Part shown: positions 8,420 through 17,794 of the stretch, one piece after another | How the letters are laid out: each line of letters starts with the position of its first letter | How positions within the stretch are numbered: position 1 is the first letter of the stretch | Source: Chloroflexota bacterium | GTDB lineage: Bacteria > Chloroflexota > Limnocylindria > Limnocylindrales > CSP1-4 | NCBI GenBank assembly: GCA_039933375.1 | Contig: JBDTOF010000392.1 | Coordinates: forward strand, 1-32,494 | Direction: 5' to 3' | Length of the DNA: 32,494 nucleotides | Program-made: the position numbers and the translations under genes | The notes under the pieces: model-generated | The model's database searches: none | What the model was told of the DNA's origin: nothing | The model's input: only the letters and a program-made list of their open reading frames with translations

Positions 8420-10477
8420 TCACGGAATCCAGCGGCCGTACGTCCCGAACGGGGTGATCTGACGGGCCATGCCGGAGCCGAGGTCGATCCGCCAGATGCC
8501 CAGCGACACGGCCGCCAACGATGATGGCGAGCGACCAACCAGGACCGAGCGGCCGTCCGGGGCAAACGACGGCGATCGATCATCCGCCCCGCGACTCGCG
8601 TCGAGGTCGACGCTTCGCCCATCGAGCGCCAGGATCCGGAGAGCCGTCCCGCCGTCAGCCAATCGGACGACGACGGCAATCGAGCCGTCGGGCCCGACCG
8701 AGACGGACCCAACCGCACCGTCCGTGCCGGGCAATGCCACGAAGGATCCGCTCGGACTCACGACATACAGTGCCGTCGACGTGGACCCGGTCGACGCCGA
8801 CACGACGAAGGCGCCTCGTCCCGGCACCCACGAAGGGCGCGTACGGGCGGTCAGACCCAGTCGAACTGGCGCAGCCGGCACGTCCCCGAGGAGGGTCGGA
8901 TCGGCGAGGTCTAGGAGCCAGACCTCATCCGTGGCCGTGCCCATGAGGGCCATCCGTCCGGCAGGATCGAACGCGACCCGGGCCATCCACGCGGGATCTC
9001 CCGAGACCTCTCCCAGGCCCGTTGGGTCCATCACCGTCGACGGGGCCGTCGGGGCCCCGTGGTCGACGACCTGTCGCTCGGGTCCCGAGGTTCCAGGAAG
9101 CGGGACGAGCCAGTACCCCAGGTCCAGGCCGGCAATATCCGTCCGGGCCACCAGTGCCCGGGTTCCGCCCGAGGCGAACGCGGGGGCGGACTCGCGTCTC
9201 CCGTCGTCCTTCGTCAGGCGCTCGAGACCGGATCCGTCGATCGCCATGACCCAGACGGATCCGCCCGATACGTATAGGAGCCGCCCCCCGTCGGTCGTAG
9301 TATCGAAGCTGCTGACATGCTCGAGCTCGGTCGTCGCCGCCCGCTGGTTCGTGCCATCGGGATTCATGACCCAGACGTTCCGTACGCCACCGCGATCGCT
9401 GAGGAAGCCGATCTGGTTCTGCCCGGAGGTCGGCGGCGCACCAGTGGTGAAGCTCCAGGTCCGGGCGCCGTTGACTGCTCCCGGGTCGCCGAGGCGTGCG
9501 ACGACCGGGTCGAGGGAGATCGTGTACGTGGTGTGGGGCGCCAATGGGCCTGCCGGAGTGAAGACGAGTGCATTCGGCGGAACCACCGCGGCGCTCTCGG
9601 TCGCACTGCTCTGATCGGCGGGCAGAGCGACGACTCGGATCCCGCCTGCCACGTCTGGAGTGACATGGAGCGCCCCCGGGACCGAGTCCGGATCGATCGG
9701 ACCGTCAAACCGGACCGCGATGGACGTTTGGACCCCGATTCCAGCGATCCCGTCTGCGGGGACCACCTGCGCGATACCTAGATCGGTGCCGACCGTTGTG
9801 AAGACGACCGCGAACGGCGTACCGAGGCGGCTGCCACCGGTGTCCGCCGCCGACACGCCAACGGTGAGGTGATAGGTCAGACCCAGTCGGAGTCCGCCAT
9901 CGAACTGCAGCGTGACCACGGACCCGCGCCATGTCGCAGAGACGGGACCGGCCGGATCCAGGGTGATCGCCGCTTCCACCGAAGCTGTGTCCATGAGCCG
10001 GTCGAAGACGAGCTCGACGGTGCTATCCAGGGGCACGCCCGTCGCGCCATCCGCCGGAGCCGCGCGCAGCACGACTGGAGGTCCAACCGTCGCGAATGAC
10101 CACGCCTCGAAACCAGCCACATCGACGTTGCCCTCGAGATCCTGAGTTCCGGGGTCGATGACGATCGTGAAGGACGTGTTTGAGGGCAGCTTCCGGGATG
10201 GCGTGAAGATCGCCGTCGAGCCATTCCAGGCAAACGTTCCATCGACCAGCGGGTTGATGTGGAATCGGGGTTCCGCGGTCTCGGGCCGCACTGGCTCGCT
10301 GAACTCAACATCGATCGCCGTGAGTGTCTGGGCCAGTTGTGGATCGCCGGCCGTGGCACTCAGCGTGATGGCCTTCACGACTGGTGGACGTCGATCGACC
10401 GTCGTCGCGTTGATCAAGACGAAGCCCAGCGCCGCCAGCGCCACCGAGGCACTGAAGATCGAGATCAGGCGCCGCAT
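8420..10477 (-). CDS. secreted or membrane-anchored protein with three Ig-like (Big_5/SbsA-type) repeats and a TolB-like beta-propeller
   Basis: N-terminal hydrophobic helix. Repeats PADGATGVP...VELVFDRLMD and PADGIAGIG...AVRFDGPID end in WSF(A/T)T or VFTT. Propeller-type segments FLSDRGG..VWVMNPDG and PSFAPDG. Confidence 0.8.
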   Translation of the reverse strand: MRRLISIFSASVALAALGFVLINATTVDRRPPVVKAITLSATAGDPQLAQTLTAIDVEFSEPVRPETAEPRFHINPLVDGTFAWNGSTAIFTPSRKLPSNTSFTIVIDPGTQDLEGNVDVAGFEAWSFATVGPPVVLRAAPADGATGVPLDSTVELVFDRLMDTASVEAAITLDPAGPVSATWRGSVVTLQFDGGLRLGLTYHLTVGVSAADTGGSRLGTPFAVVFTTVGTDLGIAQVVPADGIAGIGVQTSIAVRFDGPIDPDSVPGALHVTPDVAGGIRVVALPADQSSATESAAVVPPNALVFTPAGPLAPHTTYTISLDPVVARLGDPGAVNGARTWSFTTGAPPTSGQNQIGFLSDRGGVRNVWVMNPDGTNQRAATTELEHVSSFDTTTDGGRLLYVSGGSVWVMAIDGSGLERLTKDDGRRESAPAFASGGTRALVARTDIAGLDLGYWLVPLPGTSGPERQVVDHGAPTAPSTVMDPTGLGEVSGDPAWMARVAFDPAGRMALMGTATDEVWLLDLADPTLLGDVPAAPVRLGLTARTRPSWVPGRGAFVVSASTGSTSTALYVVSPSGSFVALPGTDGAVGSVSVGPDGSIAVVVRLADGGTALRILALDGRSVDLDASRGADDRSPSFAPDGRSVLVGRSPSSLAAVSLGIWRIDLGSGMARQITPFGTYGRWIP

Positions 10478-10530
10478 TCGATGCTCAGTCTGAGTGTGCC
10501 CGTGCGAGGGCGGCGCGAGGGCCCAGCCCC

Positions 10531-10536
10531 TATACT
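10531..10536 (+). promoter_or_regulatory. -10 box (TATACT) of lepB, near-leaderless
   Basis: TATACT-N9-GTG; no SD sequence. Confidence 0.6.
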
Positions 10537-10545
10537 CCCGGTCCT

Positions 10546-11145
10546 GTGAGTCAACGTCCCGCCTTTGGCTGCCTTGTCGAGGTTCTCGAGACCCTCGTCC
10601 TGACTGTCGTTATCTTCTTCGGGATCCAGGCATTCGTCGCGCAACCGTACAAGGTGCAGCAGGGCTCGATGGAGAACACGCTGCTGCCCGAACAGTACGT
10701 GCTCGTTGACAAGCTCTCGCCGCACTGGGATACGTATTCCTACGGCGACATCATTGTCTTTCGCCCGCCCGAGAGTTGGAGCGGCGGTTCCGACGTTCCG
10801 TACATCAAGCGAGTCATTGGCCTCGCTGGTGACACGGTCGAGCTGGGCGAGGGGGTGGTCCACGTCAACGGCGTTGCGCTCGACGAGCCGTACATCTTCA
10901 CGGCAGCCGACGGCACCCAGCAGCAGAGTTATCCGACCCCTGGCGGAGCCGCACGCTGGGTCGTGCCACTGGGCGAGATCTTCGTGATGGGCGACCATCG
11001 AGAAGACTCGGCCGACTCGAGAAACTTCGGACCGATCGAGACGTCGAATGTGATCGGTCGCGCCTGGCTGCGCTACTGGCCGTTCGACCGGCTGGGGGTC
11101 CTTCCGGTGCCGGCGCACCCGGAGTTGGCCTCGCCGGCTCCATAG
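10546..11145 (+). CDS. lepB: signal peptidase I
   Basis: TM helix, GSMENTL (catalytic Ser), YIKRVIGLAGD (catalytic Lys), MGDHREDSADSR. Confidence 0.96.
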   Translation: MSQRPAFGCLVEVLETLVLTVVIFFGIQAFVAQPYKVQQGSMENTLLPEQYVLVDKLSPHWDTYSYGDIIVFRPPESWSGGSDVPYIKRVIGLAGDTVELGEGVVHVNGVALDEPYIFTAADGTQQQSYPTPGGAARWVVPLGEIFVMGDHREDSADSRNFGPIETSNVIGRAWLRYWPFDRLGVLPVPAHPELASPAP

Positions 11146-11155
11146 GTATCCGGGC

Positions 11156-11872
11156 GTGAACCCGCTGGTCGCCGTTGTCGCCGTCGTCGTGACGGCGGGC
11201 GCGGTCCTGGCCGTGTCATCACGCAATGGGCGCACCGCGCTCCTCGGGCTGGTCATTGCCGTTGCCGCGGCGCCCTTCATCGACCATCCGCTCCCCCAGC
11301 CGGCGACTCTCGCGATGCGCGTCGTTGGGGCAGCCCTGGCCGCGTACCTGCTGCGGTCCGCGCTGACAGCCGCGAGTCCGACATCCGTCGATCAGCGCGA
11401 GTCGGTGGTCCGCGGGGGGTCGCGCCTCGGCTGGCCTGCCGAGGCTCTGATGGCGCTGGCCGCATGGCTGGTCGCGGTCGTCCTGTCTGCCCATCTCGCA
11501 AACCTCGAGCCGACCGGCCCGACTGCGTCCGCGGCGGACCTCCTGGCCATGTTTGGACCGGCCAGCGTGACGACCGCCGCGGGGTTGGCGTCGATCGTGG
11601 TCGGTCTTGTACCCGCCCTGGCGGGGCAGGACGCGCTCCGGACGGCCGCAGGGTCGCTGATCCTGGTCCAGGGTGCGCTCATCTTCCGGTCTGGCATCGC
11701 TGGCGCGCCCGGTGACCTCGAGCAGATCGCCGGAGTCGCCCTCTTCGTCGCGACAGCCGTGGCCGGCGCGGTCCTCATCGGGATCGAGGATCGGCCGGAG
11801 TCGGCATCCGTCTCCAAGACAGGCACAGCTGGACCTCGCCCGCCGGCCACTCGCCGTCGAGGCGGCGCATGA
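11156..11872 (+). CDS. multi-pass membrane protein, possibly HyfE/NuoK-like
   Basis: About 7 hydrophobic segments; ATGA-coupled to the next gene. C-terminal GLVPALAGQDALRTAAGSLILVQG resembles the HyfE GL......A..Q..G.L..ENG pattern as I recall it. Confidence 0.6.
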   Translation: MNPLVAVVAVVVTAGAVLAVSSRNGRTALLGLVIAVAAAPFIDHPLPQPATLAMRVVGAALAAYLLRSALTAASPTSVDQRESVVRGGSRLGWPAEALMALAAWLVAVVLSAHLANLEPTGPTASAADLLAMFGPASVTTAAGLASIVVGLVPALAGQDALRTAAGSLILVQGALIFRSGIAGAPGDLEQIAGVALFVATAVAGAVLIGIEDRPESASVSKTGTAGPRPPATRRRGGA

Positions 11873-13314
11873 GCGTCCTGCTGCTGGCCGCACTGGCCCT
11901 GCCGGGCGGCATCGCAACGACCCTGCTCGTTCGTCGAGGAAGCCTCGCCTTTGGGGTCGGGTTGGCAACGGCCGTGGCTACCCTCGTGGCCGCCATCTCC
12001 ATCAATGCCGCCGATGTCGTCCCGCTGGCCGGCTCGCTGATCGGGGGGTCCGATGGTCTCCGCGGGCTCGCCGTCGCCTGGGCTGCCTCCACACTGCTGT
12101 TCGGTGTCATCGATCTACTCCTGGACGACGGGCCCACGGTCCTCGGTCCCGCGCTCGTGGGGCTCGCCTTCGGTGCGATCGGCCTCGGCGTTCCCGATCC
12201 CGGAATCGGAATAGCCCTGATGACCGCAGGTGGTTTGCTCACCGCCGTCGTACCGCTGGTCGGTCGAATCGAGGTCCGCGAGGCCGCCCCACGCCTCGGT
12301 CTGCGAACGCTGCGGCCGGTCCTCGCCGCCGGGCTCATCGGCCTGCTGGTGGTCACCTGGGGGGCATCGCCCGTTGGACCGCTGGGCGCGACCGGACCGC
12401 TTGATCAGCTCGACCCTGGCCTGGAGCGGGCGATGGGTCTGGCGCTCCTCGGGATGGCGATCGCGGTCACGATCCGGCTCGGGGCGATACCGCTCCACAT
12501 CTGGGCGGCACGGTATGTGGAGGCCATGCCGGCATCGGCAGTCCCGCCGATGCTTGGCTGGGGCGCCGCCGCCTTCGTCATCGTGGCGCTTGGCTGGGTC
12601 GACGTGACGATCGCCCCGCTGGGAGCACCGCTCGGAACAGAGCGTTCGGTCATCGCCCTCCTGGCGGCGACGAGCATCGTCCTCGGCGGGGTCGCCGCGA
12701 TCCTCCACGATGACCTCGATCACATCCTCGCGTATGCCATCGTCCAGGACGCCGGCGTTGCGCTACTCGCCTTTGCGGCCAGCGGCTCCACGGTCACGCC
12801 GGCCGGACGCGACTGGATCGTTGCGGCCGTCGCGGTGAAGTCCGGTCTGGCGGCCTGGGCCCTGGTCACCCGCGCCACGTTCGGTGTGGCCCACCGGGCC
12901 GAGCTCCGCGGCTGGATGCGCCGGGCGCCAATTCTTGGTCTGGCATTCACGCTCGTGATCGTCGGTGCCGTCGGGCTGCCGACCTTCGCCGGATTTGAGG
13001 CGCGTTCGACCCTCATCGGGCTTGCCCTGCCGGGGCCGGTGGCCGTCGTCGTCCTCATCGCGGCGTTTGCCCCGTTGATCTTCCTCGGCCGTCTCATCAT
13101 CGATGGACTGGGCGCCATGAGCGACCACGTTCGATCGGCCCCTGGGGTCCAGTTGGCGTTCGGCTGGGCCACGACCGGCGGCTGGGAAGGCGACCGCTCG
13201 CTGTGGCGCGCCGTCCCGGTCACGCTGTGGGCAAACCGATTGCCACTCGCCGCTGGAGCCGCGGTCCTCGTGGCCGCCGTCGGCCTTTCGGTCGCGATCG
13301 GTGGGATGGGCTAA
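11869..13314 (+). CDS. degenerate NuoN/HyfF/MrpD-family antiporter-like membrane subunit
   Basis: IRLGAIPLHIW (cf. KxGxxPFHxW), DLDHILAYAIV (cf. KRLLAYSSI) and VGLPTFAGF (cf. GLPPxxGF); about 14 TM segments. Confidence 0.75.
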   Translation: MSVLLLAALALPGGIATTLLVRRGSLAFGVGLATAVATLVAAISINAADVVPLAGSLIGGSDGLRGLAVAWAASTLLFGVIDLLLDDGPTVLGPALVGLAFGAIGLGVPDPGIGIALMTAGGLLTAVVPLVGRIEVREAAPRLGLRTLRPVLAAGLIGLLVVTWGASPVGPLGATGPLDQLDPGLERAMGLALLGMAIAVTIRLGAIPLHIWAARYVEAMPASAVPPMLGWGAAAFVIVALGWVDVTIAPLGAPLGTERSVIALLAATSIVLGGVAAILHDDLDHILAYAIVQDAGVALLAFAASGSTVTPAGRDWIVAAVAVKSGLAAWALVTRATFGVAHRAELRGWMRRAPILGLAFTLVIVGAVGLPTFAGFEARSTLIGLALPGPVAVVVLIAAFAPLIFLGRLIIDGLGAMSDHVRSAPGVQLAFGWATTGGWEGDRSLWRAVPVTLWANRLPLAAGAAVLVAAVGLSVAIGGMG

Positions 13315-13380
13315 GGGAACAGCGCGGGCGGCTCGGTCGGCGCCAGGGGCTGGACGGGGCCGGCCCTCCGGCCGGCCCGC

Positions 13381-13401
13381 GGCCCTCGGCCCTCGGCCCT
13401 C
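13381..13401. repeat. short tandem repeat (GGCCCTC)x3
   Basis: Three exact copies plus a fourth at 13362-13368, in a convergent intergenic gap. Confidence 0.7.
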
Positions 13402-13407
13402 GCAGCG

Positions 13408-13869
13408 TCAGTCGGCTGGGGCAAGTACCCAGCGGTCGATGTCGCGCCCGTAGTCGAGCAGTTCATCGGCGCCAAACCACATCGCGACTTCGCCTGCGGC
13501 GCTCTCGGTGCTATCCGAGGCATGAACCAGGTTCTGGGCTGTCTCGAGCGCGAAATCACCGCGGATGGTGCCCGGTGCCGCCTCGTTGGGACGAGTCGCG
13601 CCGTTCATCGCGCGGACGACGGCGATGGCATTCGGGCCTTCGAGGACCGCGGCGACCAGCGGCGCGCTCGTGATGAAGTCCACCAGACCGCGGAAGAAGG
13701 GTTTGGCGCTGTGGGCCGCGTAGTGACGCTCGGCAAGTTCGCGGCTCACGCTCATCAGCTTCAGGCCAACCAGGCGCAGGCCACGCTCTTCGTAGCGCGC
13801 GAGGATCCGGCCGGCCAGCAGGCGCTGGACGCCGTCTGGCTTGATGAGCACGAGGGTTCGTTCAATCAC
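13408..13869 (-). CDS. ndk: nucleoside diphosphate kinase
   Basis: [28 protein letters not shown] (phospho-His). GTG 13869 is preferred because of the AAAGGA spacing; the alternative is ATG 13881. Confidence 0.97.
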   Translation of the reverse strand: MIERTLVLIKPDGVQRLLAGRILARYEERGLRLVGLKLMSVSRELAERHYAAHSAKPFFRGLVDFITSAPLVAAVLEGPNAIAVVRAMNGATRPNEAAPGTIRGDFALETAQNLVHASDSTESAAGEVAMWFGADELLDYGRDIDRWVLAPAD

Positions 13870-13906
13870 GGGGCGAGTCATCCTTTCGACGATCTTGGCG
13901 AGCGGA

Positions 13907-13915
13907 ACGATAGCA
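13907..13915 (-). promoter_or_regulatory. extended -10 of ndk (TGcTATCGT)
   Basis: TGn-TAnnnT about 40 nt upstream of the start. Confidence 0.5.
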
Positions 13916-13969
13916 GGGCGGGCTGCCTTGGCCCGAGGAGGACCGAGGGCGACGCACCCCGCCGACCGG

Positions 13970-14767
13970 TCAAGTCCCCTCGGCGTCGCCTGTCTGGAGC
14001 GCGGCCGAGGCGGCGAGGTATGCCGCCTCTGCGTCGAGCGCCCGTCCCATGATCCGGAGCGAATCGCCCCGGATCAGGTGCGCGCCGGGCTCACGGCGCC
14101 GCTGGAGGAGATCCACGACCTCGGGGGCGCGCCGGGGGTCGAGGCGGAGCGCGAGCGTCAGGCGATCCAGGCCCCTCGATCGACGGGCCGGATCTCCACT
14201 GGCCAGGTCATCGACGGCCCGGGCGAGGAGATCCTCCGCGACCGGCGGCAGGGCCTCAGGCTCGGGCGTTGCACTCGCGTCCGGACGACTCGGCCGGGTC
14301 GACCCACGTGGCGCCCGGGTCGGGGCCTGGTCGGCGGACTCGACCGCGATCGTCTCGTCGCCTTCGGGCTGGGCGCCGGGGGACGGCATTTGCCACGGGG
14401 CGCGCTGGGGCATGCCGGCGAACAGGGCCTCCAGCTCGGCGGCCGGGAGATCCCGGAGCGTCTGAACGTGATTGCCAGCCTCGACCGTCCGCCCGGCAGC
14501 GGCATCCGACTCCGCGAGGACGATGCGGGCGATCGGGTGGTTGCCCCCGGCGGCGAGATGGGCGGCCGCAGCCTCGCCAGCCCGCTCGATGTCACCCGAG
14601 CGCCATCGCAGGTCGGCCAGATCGGCCAGACCGTCTGCCGGCAGGGCGTCCCGGGAGGCGAGGGACTCGAGCTCCGCTCTCGCCAGCAGGAGCGACCCGA
14701 GTCGGACGTGAATCGCAGCGAGCCTGAGCTCGATGTCGAGGTCCGAGGGGGCGACTGAACGACTCAT
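13970..14767 (-). CDS. hypothetical alpha-helical (TPR-like) protein
   Basis: ATGA-coupled to the M16 gene; two Ala/Leu-rich helical-repeat blocks joined by a Pro-rich linker. Confidence 0.65.
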   Translation of the reverse strand: MSRSVAPSDLDIELRLAAIHVRLGSLLLARAELESLASRDALPADGLADLADLRWRSGDIERAGEAAAAHLAAGGNHPIARIVLAESDAAAGRTVEAGNHVQTLRDLPAAELEALFAGMPQRAPWQMPSPGAQPEGDETIAVESADQAPTRAPRGSTRPSRPDASATPEPEALPPVAEDLLARAVDDLASGDPARRSRGLDRLTLALRLDPRRAPEVVDLLQRRREPGAHLIRGDSLRIMGRALDAEAAYLAASAALQTGDAEGT

Positions 14768-16038
14768 GCTGGCAGCCGGAGGCGTTTATCGAGCCCGCGC
14801 AGGTGGCGGGCAGGCGCGACGACGGCAAGCCTGAGGTGGTCGTCGACGAAGAGGCTGGCCGCCAGCCGGTGGATATCGTCGGCCGTCACCCCGTCGATGG
14901 CAGCGAGCGCCTCGTCGAGCGTGAGTACACGGGCGTGGAGGGCCTCCTGACCGCCGACCCAGGACGTGAGGTGACGCGTTTCGTCCATCCGGAGCTCCAG
15001 GCCCCCGGCAAGATATGCCTTGGTCTTGGCCAGTTCGTTTTCGGGGACGGGCGTGTCGCGGAGCCGGCCGAGCTCGACCAGGATCGCCTCGAGGGCCGTC
15101 GGCAGGCGGGCAGGATCCACGCCCGCACTCACCTCGAGGGCGCCCGCATCCGCGTACTCCACCAGGCCGGAGCTCACGTCGTAGGCCAGGGCGTCTCGAT
15201 CGACAAGTGACAGATAGAGGCGGCTGCTCATGCCATCGCCGAGTACCGCATTGAGGACCGACAGCGTCCACGCATCGGGGTGATCCCGCGGCAGGCCAGG
15301 GACTCCGACGGTGAGCTGCGCCTGGGTCGTGTCGCGACGCCCGACGAGGACCCGTTCGCCGGCCGGCAACGACGGCGCGGGAGCGACGGCGCCGAGCCCC
15401 GCCGATGCGGCCCCTCGACCGAAGGCGGCATCCACGAGCGCTACGGCGTCCCGATGAGTGATGTCGCCGGCCACCGCGACGACGGTGTTGCCCGGCTGGT
15501 AGCCGGCAGCCCAGAACTCGCGAATCCTGTCCGGGGCCAGGGTTCGAATGTCCTCTTCCTCGCCACAGATCTCGCGGCCGAGTGGCCCGTCGCCATACAT
15601 GGCGCGCTGGAACAGGATCTGACAGTACTCCGCGGGCTCATCGAGATAGCCCCGGATCTCCTCCACGATCACGTCCCGCTCCCGGTCGATATCACCGTCG
15701 GAAAGGGCGGGTCGCCGGATCAGCTCGCCGAGGACGTTCACGGCCCGCTCGGCCTCCCGCCGTGGGACCCGGGTCCAGTAGACCGTCGACTCGCGATCGG
15801 TCGCGGCGTTGAAGGAACCGCCCACGCCCTCGATCGCTTCGCTCAGGGCGCGAGTCGACGGATAGGCGGCCGTGCCCTTGAAGGTCAGGTGTTCGAGGAA
15901 ATGGGCGCCGCCGACCTGGCCGTTCGATTCAATCCGGGAGCCGGCAAGGACGTAGGCCGCCACCGAGATCGAGCGCGACCCGGGCAGGGCCGCGCTGATG
16001 ACCCGTGGCCCATCGGGCAGCACCGTCCGTTCGAACAT
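14764..16038 (-). CDS. M16B-family Zn peptidase
   Basis: HFLEH inverted zincin motif, GGSFNAAT, C-terminal LGDGMSSRL...LAY. True start is MFERTVLPDG at 16038 (TACCAT-N7-ATG). Confidence 0.93.
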   Translation of the reverse strand: MFERTVLPDGPRVISAALPGSRSISVAAYVLAGSRIESNGQVGGAHFLEHLTFKGTAAYPSTRALSEAIEGVGGSFNAATDRESTVYWTRVPRREAERAVNVLGELIRRPALSDGDIDRERDVIVEEIRGYLDEPAEYCQILFQRAMYGDGPLGREICGEEEDIRTLAPDRIREFWAAGYQPGNTVVAVAGDITHRDAVALVDAAFGRGAASAGLGAVAPAPSLPAGERVLVGRRDTTQAQLTVGVPGLPRDHPDAWTLSVLNAVLGDGMSSRLYLSLVDRDALAYDVSSGLVEYADAGALEVSAGVDPARLPTALEAILVELGRLRDTPVPENELAKTKAYLAGGLELRMDETRHLTSWVGGQEALHARVLTLDEALAAIDGVTADDIHRLAASLFVDDHLRLAVVAPARHLRGLDKRLRLPA

Positions 16039-16145
16039 CGGCCCGATGGTACCCGCTCGGAGCCCGATGGGACTCCCGGGCTGGGCGCGGAATCGAAAAC
16101 GGCCGGCACCCGATGGGCACCGGCCGCCTCGATCCGCGTTGCCGA

Positions 16146-17519
16146 CTACTCCGGCAGGAACTGCGGGATCCAGCCCTGGAGGAAGAACACGAGGAAGCCG
16201 CCCGCCACCAGCCACATCAGCGGGTGAACTTCGGCCATCTTGCCGCGAGCGACCTTGATCAGGACCCAGCTGATGAAGCCGGCTCCGATTCCGACCGTGA
16301 TGTCGTAGGTCAGCGGCATCAGGACCATGGTCAGGAGGGCCGGGAGGCCCTCGTCGAGATCGGCGACGTCGATGTCCTTGACCTGCGTGAACATCAGGTA
16401 GCCCACCAGGACCAGGGCCGGCGCGGTGGCCTGGCTCGGGATGATCCCCGCGAGTGGCGCAAGGGCGATCGCAAGCAGGAACAGGATGCCGGTGACCACC
16501 GATGCGAAACCCGTGCGGGCGCCATCGGCCACGCCGGCTGCGCTCTCGATGTACGTGGTGTTCGACGAGACGCCGGCCAGGCCGCCGATGACCGCTGCGA
16601 CGCTGTCCACCATCAGGACCCGTCCTACGCCGGGCACTGATCCGTCCGCCTCCGCGAGGCCCGCCTCCGCGGCGACCCCGGTAACGGTGCCCATGGTGTC
16701 GAAGAAGTCGGTCAGCATGATCGCGAAGATGATCAGGATCGCCGTGAGGGGTCCGAGGACGGTGAAGGCGTTCCCGAGGTCGAACGAGCCGAGCGTCGAG
16801 AAGTTCGGCGACCACGTGAGGTTCGGTGGAACCGACGTGACCCCGGCCACGAGGGCGACGATCGTCGTCGCGATGATTGAGATCACCAGGGCTGCCCGGA
16901 TCTTCATCACCCAGAGGATGATCGTGAGCGCCAGGCCAAACAGGAAGACGAACTGGGCGGTCGTCGTCGGGAAGGACGGGGCGACCAGCGTTCCGGCGCA
17001 CACCGGGAGTGGCACGAACGGCGAGCAGCCGGACTGGATCAGCCCGCCGTTGGCGAAGCCGATGAACAGGATGAACAAGCCAATGCCGGCTCCGATCGCC
17101 CGCTTCAGGGACAGGGGGACGGCATTCATCACCGCTTCCCGGAAGCCGACCGCCACCAGGATCACGACGACGAGGCCTTCGAGGACGATGACGCCCATCG
17201 CTCCGGCAGGCGAGAGTCCGCGAGCGGTCAGCGAGAAGGCGACGATGGCGTTGATACCGAGGCCTGCGGCCAAGGCGAACGGATAGTTGCCAATCAGGCC
17301 CATGGCGATCGTCATGACGCCGGCGACCAGGGCGGTGCCCGCGGAGAGCGCGATCCGGCCTGGGTCGTCAGCCGCGAGACCAAACCCGTCGCCGAGGATG
17401 CCCGCGTTCAGGAACACGATGTAGACCATGACCATGAAGGTCGTCAGGCCAGCTCGAGTCTCCGTCGCGAGGCTGGTACTCCGTTCCGAGAATTTGAAGT
17501 ACCGCGCAATTGCGTCCAC
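16146..17519 (-). CDS. NCS2/AzgA-family (PbuG-like) guanine/hypoxanthine permease
   Basis: AGLTTFMVMVYI, DFFDTMGT, TTYIESAAGVADGARTG, MPLTYDITVGIG; GTG 17519 follows GGGAGG. Confidence 0.92.
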   Translation of the reverse strand: MDAIARYFKFSERSTSLATETRAGLTTFMVMVYIVFLNAGILGDGFGLAADDPGRIALSAGTALVAGVMTIAMGLIGNYPFALAAGLGINAIVAFSLTARGLSPAGAMGVIVLEGLVVVILVAVGFREAVMNAVPLSLKRAIGAGIGLFILFIGFANGGLIQSGCSPFVPLPVCAGTLVAPSFPTTTAQFVFLFGLALTIILWVMKIRAALVISIIATTIVALVAGVTSVPPNLTWSPNFSTLGSFDLGNAFTVLGPLTAILIIFAIMLTDFFDTMGTVTGVAAEAGLAEADGSVPGVGRVLMVDSVAAVIGGLAGVSSNTTYIESAAGVADGARTGFASVVTGILFLLAIALAPLAGIIPSQATAPALVLVGYLMFTQVKDIDVADLDEGLPALLTMVLMPLTYDITVGIGAGFISWVLIKVARGKMAEVHPLMWLVAGGFLVFFLQGWIPQFLPE

Positions 17520-17722
17520 GTGCTGAGGACCCTCCCTTCCCTTCCGGCGGACCAGCCATGGAGGCTCGGTCGACGCCCCTCGACCTCTCGGCCGAGGCCG
17601 CACCTCTCGGGGGCGTCAGGCGAGCAGCCGCGGCCTTCCCTCAAGGCCCGTTGACCTACGCCGCGATCGGCGCGATCGGTAGCTGCAAGACACGCGACGC
17701 CCGCGTCGGGAGCAATGGAGCG

Positions 17723-17749
17723 ATGGTAGCGCGCACGACCCGCCGTCAA
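17723..17749 (-). promoter_or_regulatory. putative promoter of the NCS2 permease
   Basis: TTGACG-N15-TACCAT (short spacer); implies a leader of about 200 nt. Confidence 0.5.
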
Positions 17750-17794
17750 ACAGCGAATCCGCAGGGCTCCCGGGCGCTGTGCGGACGTCCGTCG

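Noticed and set aside
13321-13407. GC-rich repeats as a CRISPR array or REP/MITE
   Set aside because: Only a 7-mer x3; no spacers, no cas genes, no second copy of the element elsewhere in the window
16039-17001. N-terminal 320 aa of the 745-aa track ORF (apparent fusion to the M16 peptidase)
   Set aside because: Arg/Gly/Pro-rich off-frame read-through of the NCS2 gene; the real start is the leaderless ATG at 16038
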